Virus record (IMG/VR): IMGVR_UViG_3300006046_000020
Span: 1 to 24,580 of that record
Length of the DNA stretch: 24,580 bases
From: a virus
Lineage: Duplodnaviria; Caudoviricetes
Strand: one strand, 5' to 3'
The position numbers and the translations under genes are program-made. Below are positions 16,542 through 23,269 of this stretch, piece after piece (within the stretch, counting starts at the first letter, position 1; each line of letters opens with the position of its first letter). The notes under the pieces are model-generated. The model was not told the DNA's origin. It ran no database searches and was given only the letters and a program-made list of their open reading frames with translations.

Positions 16542-16545
16542 GGCG

Positions 16546-17283
16546 CTAGACCACCGGGCCGGCGGGCGGGGTCGCCAGCGTCGTCGGCGCCGGCACGACC
16601 ACCGGCTGGGTCGCGGCGTAGACGACCAGCATCGCGTAGTAAGTGTCATTGCCGGACGGCGCCGGGTTGGTCACCGTCGCGGTCGTCTCGAACGTCCCGG
16701 CCGAGCTGGCGAACGCCCACGACCAGGCGACGCCGACCTCGCCGGTCGCGTTGTTCAGCCGCACCTCGTCCCGCTCGACGAAGCCGTTGGTGTACGGACC
16801 CCAGCCGAACACCCGGGACGGGTCCGCCGCGGCGGTGTAGGCCCAGTAGTGCATCGCCAGCGCCACCACCTCGGCGCGGTTGGTCGCCGGGGTCGTCCCG
16901 GTCGACAGCGACGCCACGGCGTTGCCGGCGGCCTGGTTGCCGGCGTTGACCTCGAACGGCGAGACGGGGTCCAGGCCCTGGTCCCACTCGGTGACCCGCC
17001 ACGCCCAGGTGTTCGCCGAGATGTTCGTCCACGTCCACGACGTCTCCCCGCCGGGGCCGCCGCTCTGGCGGAACGCCCACAGGATCGCCCCGGCCGCTGG
17101 CTTGGCGCCGTCGAACTCCCACCCGTCGGGCATCCCCGGCCACACCGAGGGCCCGTACATCTCCACCGTCACGGTCCCGCCCGCGAGGGTCGGGCTGTCC
17201 AGGGTGACGTTGGCCGAGACGGCGCCGCTGCCCCCGATCGCGCCGGTCTTGGCCTGGACGACGTTCGCGGCCGACAGCGGCAT
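16546..17283 (-). CDS. Beta-sandwich putative virion appendage protein, 245 aa
   Basis: VVQAKTG...PDGWE...GETSWTWT...TEW...SLSTGTTPATNRAEVVALA; Pro-rich C-terminal arm. Confidence 0.8.
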   Translation of the reverse strand: MPLSAANVVQAKTGAIGGSGAVSANVTLDSPTLAGGTVTVEMYGPSVWPGMPDGWEFDGAKPAAGAILWAFRQSGGPGGETSWTWTNISANTWAWRVTEWDQGLDPVSPFEVNAGNQAAGNAVASLSTGTTPATNRAEVVALAMHYWAYTAAADPSRVFGWGPYTNGFVERDEVRLNNATGEVGVAWSWAFASSAGTFETTATVTNPAPSGNDTYYAMLVVYAATQPVVVPAPTTLATPPAGPVV

Positions 17284-17287
17284 CTGC

Positions 17288-17818
17288 TCAGCTCGGCAGG
17301 GCGCCGCACCACGGCGCGGAGAACGACCCGGCCGTGTGCCCGCCGTTGGGGAAGGTCAGGTCGTAGCTGCCCGCATGGGCGGCGGCGTCGAGTTGGGTGA
17401 AGGTGACGGTGCCTGAGGTGGCGGTGGTGTCGTTGCCGGACTTGCCCTGCCGGGTGGCCTGCTGGACGTAGGCGTTCACCACCCGCGTGACCCCGTCCGA
17501 GGTGGGCGGGTTCTGCCCCACCTGCAGGGTGAGGGGCAGGTCGCCCGGCGGGGGGAAGACCGGCGCGTCCGCCGGCGCCGGGGCGAACCCGACGATGGTG
17601 ATCCGCAGGGTGACCTCGCCGGGCCGGAAACCGGCACCGGAGCCCTCGTAGGCGCACGGGTCCGTATGGTCCGACAGCAGCGGCGCGACGTAGTTCCACT
17701 GCGCCATCGCCCCGCCGACGGAGTGGATGATCCCGCCCCAGTTCCCCGCGTAGCAGTCGACCAGGGTGGAAAGGTCCTTGCCGTTCACCGAGCCGGTCGG
17801 GTTGGTCACAGAGCCCAA
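17288..17818 (-). CDS. Hypothetical beta-rich protein, 176 aa
   Basis: GGAGG SD then TTG 17818; C-terminus ATSGTVTFTQLD...GSYDLTFPNGGHTAGSFSAPWC. Confidence 0.7.
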   Translation of the reverse strand: MGSVTNPTGSVNGKDLSTLVDCYAGNWGGIIHSVGGAMAQWNYVAPLLSDHTDPCAYEGSGAGFRPGEVTLRITIVGFAPAPADAPVFPPPGDLPLTLQVGQNPPTSDGVTRVVNAYVQQATRQGKSGNDTTATSGTVTFTQLDAAAHAGSYDLTFPNGGHTAGSFSAPWCGALPS

Positions 17819-17846
17819 GGCAGGGTTCCTCCATGTCGGTGGGGGG

Positions 17847-17852
17847 TAGGGT
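17847..17852 (+). promoter_or_regulatory. Putative -10 element TAGGGT (antisense)
   Basis: TAGRRT hexamer 6 nt before GTG 17859 in an intergenic gap; no clear -35. Confidence 0.35.
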
Positions 17853-17940
17853 GCTCCGGTGGGCCGGGCGTGCGGCCGGCGGGTCAGTCCTCGGTCAGCG
17901 TCGGACGCTCCCTGCCGCTGGCGCCCGGCCTTGCCGTGCG

Positions 17941-18009
17941 CGGCCGGGCGGGGAGTGCCGCACGCTCCGACGGGGCCTGCGTGGCGCGGCCTCGAAACCC
18001 GCCCGGCCG
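17941..18009. terminator. GC-rich stem-loop just after the glycosyltransferase stop
   Basis: CGGCCGGGCGGG (17941-17952) pairs with CCCGCCCGGCCG (17998-18009); inner CACGC/GCGTG stem; no U-tract. Confidence 0.45.
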
Positions 18010-18010
18010 G

Positions 18011-19978
18011 CTACACCGGCCTGACCGCCACCGCACGGACGTCCGCCGGGACGGAGGCGGGCGTCGCGACCAGGTAGTCGGCCAGCTTCGGCTCGTTGAC
18101 GATCCCGGTCGGCATCCACGTCGTGGCGACGCTGTGCGCGGTCTTCCACACGTAGCCAAGCCGGTCGAGCAGCGCCTCAAGGTCGGCGCGGTCGTAGTAG
18201 CCGTAGACGTCGTGGCACTCGATGAACAGCGTCGGCTGGAACCGCTCAAGCAGGCCAGCCATCCCGTCGAGGGCGTGGAGGTCGGCGCCTTCCACGTCCA
18301 GCTTCACCAGGTCCAGCCGGCCGAGGTCGGCCAGCAGCGGGCCCAGCTCGGCGTCCAGCCGGCCGGCGCGGACGGTGCCGGCGCCGTTGTCGGCGGGCAG
18401 CACCCGGGTCGAGCCACCCTCCACTTGGTTGGCCGGGTCGAACAGCTTGAGGCGGGCGGCCTCGTCCCACGCGGCCAGCTCGACCACGGTCACGTTGCCG
18501 AGGTCGTTCATCGCCAGGTGTCGGCGCAGCGTCGACGCGGTGTCGGGGTTGGCCTCCACCGCGACGACGTGGGACGCCTTGCCGGCCAGCCGCAGCGTCC
18601 AGTGGCCGACGTGGGCGCCGACGTCCAGCAGCACCCCGCCGTCGGGGAGCAGCCCCTCAAGGATCGGGCGCAGCTCCGCCTCGTGGTCGGCGAAGCCGAT
18701 GCCGTCGCCGGTGCGGTTGCCGCGGTCCAGCCACAAAAGGCCGTCGGCCTCGCGGACACGGGCGACGAGCTCGTCACGCCGCGGCGTCCGCGCGACCTCG
18801 GCGGCGCGCTGCTTGAGCGCGGCGGCGAACCGGTCCAGGGCTGGTTTCCAGTACCGCTCGGTGACGGCGTCGGCGTCGTAGTCCTGCGCGAACGCCCACG
18901 CCTGCGCGCGCAGGTCCTCGTCGCGGGCACGGTCGTAGGCGTCGAGGTAGGCGTCGACGACCTCCCCGATGCGGGGCTTGGCGCCCCAGGCGCCCTGCGA
19001 GTCGTGCCAGATCGGCTCGTAGCCGACCTTCCACCCGGCGCCGACCAGCTCCGGCATCGCGGTCGCGTCGGTCACCACGACCGGCGTCCCGCACGCCTGC
19101 GCCTCGATGATGGGGATGCCGAAGCCCTCCCCGTAGGAGGTGTTGGACAGCACGTCGGCGGCGCGGCACACGTCGGCGACCGCCGCGGGCGTCAGGCCCT
19201 TACGGTAGGCGTACTGGTCGGTGTAGGTGTAGCTGCCCCGGGGCAGCTCCCGCTCCAGGAACGGCCGCAGCCGCATCCCGGCGGGCTGGTCGACGTCGGT
19301 GTGCAGCACCAGCATCGCGTCAGGGTGGCGGCGGCGCAGCTCCGCGAACGCCAGGACCTGCTCGCTGAACGCCTTGCGGTTGCCGTCCCGGCCGACGTTG
19401 TTGGCGACCATCCCGACCACGAACGCGTCGTCGGGCAGCCCGACCGCCGCCCGAGCGGCGGCCTTGTCGCCAGGATGGAACACGCTGGTGTCGATGCCGT
19501 GGGGCACGTACATCGGTGCCAGGCCGGCGTCGCGCAACGCCCGCTCGCCGAACCGCGACAGCGCGATCGGGACCGCGCCCATGGTCTCAAACCAGGTGCG
19601 GACCACGTCGGGGACGGTGAGGTGGTCGACCGGCACCCAGGAGCCGACGGCGAGGGCGTCCAGCAGCGGCGACTGGAACGTCCACACGTCGCCGAGGGTG
19701 ATGATCAGGCCGCGGCAGGACGCCTCCGCCATCGAGGCGGCATCCTCGGCGGCGAAGTGGTGCAGGGCGTGGGGGACGATCACGTCGGAGCCGTACGCGG
19801 CCGAGTAGGACGGCAGGCAGCGGATGCCCTGCCAGTCCATCTCGGCGCCCTGCAGGCCGTAGTAGACGGAGAGGACCAGGTCGTGGCCGAGCGCCTTGAT
19901 CCTTGGGGCGAACAGGCCGGTCTGCTGCCCGTACCCGGTCGGTGCCCAGGGGCTGACGCTGTGCCAAAGGATTTTGAT
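18011..19978 (-). CDS. GT4-type (GT-B) glycosyltransferase fused to FkbM-family methyltransferase, ~655 aa
   Basis: N-terminus (I/M)KILWHSVSPWAPTGYGQQT lies in frame upstream of the track start; GEGFGIPIIEAQACGTPVV (EX7E); LLDVGAHVG, VVAVEANP and LVKLDVEGAD FkbM motifs. First codon at SD distance is ATC. Confidence 0.9.
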   Translation of the reverse strand: MKILWHSVSPWAPTGYGQQTGLFAPRIKALGHDLVLSVYYGLQGAEMDWQGIRCLPSYSAAYGSDVIVPHALHHFAAEDAASMAEASCRGLIITLGDVWTFQSPLLDALAVGSWVPVDHLTVPDVVRTWFETMGAVPIALSRFGERALRDAGLAPMYVPHGIDTSVFHPGDKAAARAAVGLPDDAFVVGMVANNVGRDGNRKAFSEQVLAFAELRRRHPDAMLVLHTDVDQPAGMRLRPFLERELPRGSYTYTDQYAYRKGLTPAAVADVCRAADVLSNTSYGEGFGIPIIEAQACGTPVVVTDATAMPELVGAGWKVGYEPIWHDSQGAWGAKPRIGEVVDAYLDAYDRARDEDLRAQAWAFAQDYDADAVTERYWKPALDRFAAALKQRAAEVARTPRRDELVARVREADGLLWLDRGNRTGDGIGFADHEAELRPILEGLLPDGGVLLDVGAHVGHWTLRLAGKASHVVAVEANPDTASTLRRHLAMNDLGNVTVVELAAWDEAARLKLFDPANQVEGGSTRVLPADNGAGTVRAGRLDAELGPLLADLGRLDLVKLDVEGADLHALDGMAGLLERFQPTLFIECHDVYGYYDRADLEALLDRLGYVWKTAHSVATTWMPTGIVNEPKLADYLVATPASVPADVRAVAVRPV

Positions 19979-19985
19979 GGTGCGA

Positions 19986-20033
19986 CCTCCGGATGTGTGG
20001 GCGCCCCCGCTCCGGAGGGGACGGGGGCGCCCA
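19986..20033 (-). promoter_or_regulatory. Structured 5' leader: 12-bp hairpin whose loop is complementary to the downstream SD
   Basis: Stem 19998-20009 / 20022-20033; mRNA loop CCUCCGGA (20018-20011) is complementary to UCCGGAGG (19993-19986), which contains GGAGG. Confidence 0.6.
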
Positions 20034-20045
20034 ACTTCGATGGAG

Positions 20046-20270
20046 CTACTTGCCCTTGGCGGCCCTGGAACCGGTTTCCGGTTCCGGCTTGGCGGCCGGT
20101 TTGGCGACGTCCTCGAGGACGTCGGCCAGCGCCGTCGCGGCCAGCGCCTGCGCCCACGCGACGGCAGCCTTGTCGCCGTCGGCGACGGTGACCTCCTGGT
20201 CGGGCGACCACGAGTGGATCATCCCGTCCGGGCCGACGCCGGCCGCGGGGCCGTGCACGACGATCTTCAC
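20046..20270 (-). CDS. Small post-capsid hypothetical protein, 74 aa
   Basis: GTGA overlap with the upstream ORF; short beta-beta-helix region plus Lys/Pro/Ala tail, as in small genes following capsid genes. Confidence 0.75.
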   Translation of the reverse strand: MKIVVHGPAAGVGPDGMIHSWSPDQEVTVADGDKAAVAWAQALAATALADVLEDVAKPAAKPEPETGSRAAKGK

Positions 20271-20473
20271 TTGCCGCCTCCCCCACCACCGTGGCCCTGC
20301 CCGGCGGCGGCACTGCCGCGCGAGCGCGCGACGGCGGGGCTGACCGGCCGGCCGTCGGCCTGCGGCGCTGGCCGCTGTGGTTCGCGGGACGGGTTGCCGT
20401 CCGGGTTGCCCTGCGCGTTGCGCGGCGAGTCCGGCAGCGGCGGGATCGGCCGGCCGGTCGACTGCTTGGCCAT
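20267..20473 (-). CDS. Small disordered Pro/Gly/Arg-rich protein, 68 aa
   Basis: AAGGAG SD before ATG 20473 (MAKQSTGRPIPP...GHGGGGGGK); stop coupled to the next gene. Confidence 0.6.
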   Translation of the reverse strand: MAKQSTGRPIPPLPDSPRNAQGNPDGNPSREPQRPAPQADGRPVSPAVARSRGSAAAGQGHGGGGGGK

Positions 20474-20496
20474 GGTCGTCTCCTTCTGCGATGCTG

Positions 20497-20571
20497 GAAG
20501 TGCCACGTCCCGTCGCCTTGGCTTGCGCAGGGCGACCTGCGTCGACGTCGCCGGACGGGACGTGGCACTTC
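20497..20571 (-). terminator. Perfect 18-bp inverted repeat immediately after the capsid stop
   Basis: GAAGTGCCACGTCCCGTC (20497-20514) / GACGGGACGTGGCACTTC (20554-20571), 39-nt structured loop, no U-tract. Confidence 0.65.
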
Positions 20572-20573
20572 GC

Positions 20574-21878
20574 TCAGAGCAGGTACTTCGCGAACGCGGC
20601 CGGGCGGATCACGTCGCCGCCGACACGCTGGCGGAACAGGAACCCGACCAGGCCTTGGTCGGCGTAGCGCTCGTCGAGCCGCTGCACCGTGATCCGCTGC
20701 CGGTCGGCGACCATGTAGCCGGACTGGAAGTCCCCGAACAGCACCGACGGGTCGACCGCGGTGGTCGTCGCCGCCATCGACGGCAGCCCCGACAACCGGT
20801 AGAACGGCTTGCCGAACAGGATGTCGGGCTGCCCCGCCTGGTTCGACGGCTGCCACAGGTAGTTCGAGGTCGAGTCCTTGAGCAGCGCGATCGCCTGGGT
20901 CGCGTCGTCGCTGGCGACGTAGGCGCCGTTGTTGGCGAACCGGGCCAGGATCGCGTACTGCAGCTTCTTCAGGTCGTCGGGGACGATGGTGGCGTTGGCG
21001 GCGGCGGTGACGCCCTGCGCGGCGGGGATCATCCCGCCGATGGTCGCGCGGGTCGCCAGCCCCCACGGCTTGCTGGTGCCGTTGCCGTTGGAGAAGGCGT
21101 CGTCCTCCATCTCGGCGAACTTCTGCCCGACGATCTCCTGGACCAGCGACACCAGGTTGGCGTCGGTGTCCATCAGCTCGTCGACGCCGATCTTGGCGAG
21201 CGCGACGAGGTCCTGGACGGTGACGGTCTGCGGGCCGGTCGCGGCGATCGCCGCGTCGGTCGGCGGGGTCGCGCCGCCGGCGTTGACGATCTCCACCTGC
21301 CCCCAGCCGGCGGTGACGCCGGTCAGGGCGCGGACGTCGACGAGGTTGGAGGTGGTCGGGCGGACCAGCGCCAGGTTGCGCAGCACCCCCAGGCGGGGCA
21401 GGGTCAGGAAGATCGGGCCGGCGAGGTCGTGGGGCACGATGATCTGCCCCGTCGAGTCCTCGATGATCGCCGCCTTCTCCTCCAGGGTGAGCGCGCCAGT
21501 GCCCTTGCGCATCGCCTTGGCGAACGCGGCGGTCATCGCCTTGGACTGCAGCCCGGCGCGGGCGTCGGCGCCGGACGGCGCGCTGGCGCCGTCGCCGCCG
21601 AACCCGCCCGCGCCGGCCTTGGCGGCCATCGCAGCCGCGTCGGCGGCCAGCGCCGGGTGGGGCCGGTCGGGCTGGCTGATCCAGGCCTCCAGGTCCGACT
21701 GCTCCTGGGCGACTTCGGCGAGGCCCTTGAGCCGGACGCCCTCTTTGGTCAGCGCCCGCATCCGCTCGGTGTCCTCGGCGGGCATCTGGGTGGGGTTCTC
21801 GTAGCGGTCCTGGATCGCGCGGGCCATGCCGATGCACTGGCTCGCCTTCTCCAGCAGCTCCTTCACGCGCTGGCTCAT
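20574..21878 (-). CDS. HK97-family major capsid protein
   Basis: AAGGAG SD; N-terminal coiled delta-domain-like region; LKDSTSNYLWQP...LFGKP...VLFGDF..GY.VADR...GLVGFLFRQRVGGDV motifs. Confidence 0.95.
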   Translation of the reverse strand: MSQRVKELLEKASQCIGMARAIQDRYENPTQMPAEDTERMRALTKEGVRLKGLAEVAQEQSDLEAWISQPDRPHPALAADAAAMAAKAGAGGFGGDGASAPSGADARAGLQSKAMTAAFAKAMRKGTGALTLEEKAAIIEDSTGQIIVPHDLAGPIFLTLPRLGVLRNLALVRPTTSNLVDVRALTGVTAGWGQVEIVNAGGATPPTDAAIAATGPQTVTVQDLVALAKIGVDELMDTDANLVSLVQEIVGQKFAEMEDDAFSNGNGTSKPWGLATRATIGGMIPAAQGVTAAANATIVPDDLKKLQYAILARFANNGAYVASDDATQAIALLKDSTSNYLWQPSNQAGQPDILFGKPFYRLSGLPSMAATTTAVDPSVLFGDFQSGYMVADRQRITVQRLDERYADQGLVGFLFRQRVGGDVIRPAAFAKYLL

Positions 21879-23269
21879 ACCGGTTGCTCCTTTCCTAGCA
21901 GCGCGTCGATCTCGTGCCGCATCCGGTCAAGCTCACTGATCGTGGTCGCGGTCTTGACCTGCTGCGCAGCAGCGGCGGCGATCCCCTCCGGGGTGGAGGG
22001 GTCAGGCAGCCGGTCAGGCGGCCTGGGAAGGTCGGCGATGATCCGCTCGGCGTAGCCGTGCAGGTCCTCGCCTGGTGCTGCCGGAGTGTCGGCGGGCGGC
22101 GGCGGGTCCGCAGGGTCCTGCGGCGTGCCGTCGGTGCCGGCGGGTCCGGGGTCGACGGGGTGGTAGGTGTCGTACAGGGCGTCCACGGCGGCCTTGCGGG
22201 CCGGCTCCGGGAGCTCCAGCGCCTTGTGCATCGCGTCGGCGAACACCTCGTAGCCGATGCTCGCCTGCGATTCCCCGGCCAGCCGCAGCAGGCCCGGGGG
22301 TGGGTCCTCGCCGAGCTGGCCGCGGTACAGGCCGACCAGCGCGCGGGCGGCGGCCCGCTTCTTCTCCGGGCTCACGCCCTGCACCGCGCCGACGCCGTGG
22401 CCGCCCGCGGCGGCGTGGACGCCGCCGCGGTTCAACGCCCCCGACGGCTCCCGGACCGGGAGCTTGTACCGGTCCTTCGAGTCGGTGGCGCCCTGGCCCG
22501 TGTCGATCAGGCAGGCGCGGCGCCACTGCTCGGGGGTGTAGTCGGCCTGGGTGAAGTTCGACCAGGGCGTGTCGGACACGGCCTTGGCCTCACCGAGCGA
22601 TTTCACCGAGGCGAGCTGCGCCTCGGGGTTGGCCGGGATCGGGGTGAGCGAAACCTCCAGCAGCCGCACCTCGTGCAGCACCTGCACCAGCCGGTCCCCG
22701 ACCATCTTGGCCGACCGCTTGACCGGCAGGTAGCCGATCGACACGCCGGTCAGGTGGCCTTCCTTGGCCTTGCGGCGGGCAGACTGGGCCTCCGGGTCCG
22801 AGGAGAACTGCGCGCGGAACCACAGCCCGACCTGGGTCGACTTCAGCTCGGCGACCGACCCGATCAGCCGCGACAGCGAGTCGCCGTGCCAGTCGATCAG
22901 CGGCACCTTGCTCTTGCCGGCCGCCCAGTGCGCGATGGTCCGGTCGAACGCGCCGCGCTCGACCACGTCATCCTGCAGGTCGACGTTGCCGTAGACGCTG
23001 GCGTAGCCGCTGATCTCGCCGGGGCCGTCGTCGCTGACGGCCATCTGCTTGACCTGCGCGACCAGCTGCTGTCGCTCCATCATCGGCACCTCGTGGCTTG
23101 CGGCCTGCGGCTCGTTGGCGTACAGGGCACGCTGCTGGGCAAGGGCTTGCTCGCGGGTGGCGTGGCAGCCCTCGATCGAGTGGCGGCCCTCGGCTTCGGC
23201 CTGCTGGTTGACGACCGCCCACTCGCCGCGGCGGCAGGCGGGATGGTCATGGACGAGCTTCCAGGGCAC
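21875..23269 (-). CDS. HK97-family prohead maturation protease with N- and C-terminal extra domains, 464 aa
   Basis: GGAG SD then GTG 23269 (MPWKLVHDHP); ISGYASVYGNVD..DDVVERGAF, WH, GVSIGY and LLEVSLTPIPANPEA protease motifs. Confidence 0.9.
   Translation of the reverse strand: MPWKLVHDHPACRRGEWAVVNQQAEAEGRHSIEGCHATREQALAQQRALYANEPQAASHEVPMMERQQLVAQVKQMAVSDDGPGEISGYASVYGNVDLQDDVVERGAFDRTIAHWAAGKSKVPLIDWHGDSLSRLIGSVAELKSTQVGLWFRAQFSSDPEAQSARRKAKEGHLTGVSIGYLPVKRSAKMVGDRLVQVLHEVRLLEVSLTPIPANPEAQLASVKSLGEAKAVSDTPWSNFTQADYTPEQWRRACLIDTGQGATDSKDRYKLPVREPSGALNRGGVHAAAGGHGVGAVQGVSPEKKRAAARALVGLYRGQLGEDPPPGLLRLAGESQASIGYEVFADAMHKALELPEPARKAAVDALYDTYHPVDPGPAGTDGTPQDPADPPPPADTPAAPGEDLHGYAERIIADLPRPPDRLPDPSTPEGIAAAAAQQVKTATTISELDRMRHEIDALLGKEQPV

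Noticed and set aside
17880-18000. Hammerhead ribozyme or SAM/SAH riboswitch in the spacer
   Set aside because: CUGA-like and GAAA elements fall on opposite strands and no known consensus could be matched by eye.
19979-20270. Frameshift or readthrough from upstream small ORFs as the source of the glycosyltransferase N-terminus
   Set aside because: It would need a +1 shift or TGA readthrough through non-protein-like sequence, while a GGAGG sits 7 nt before the ATC.
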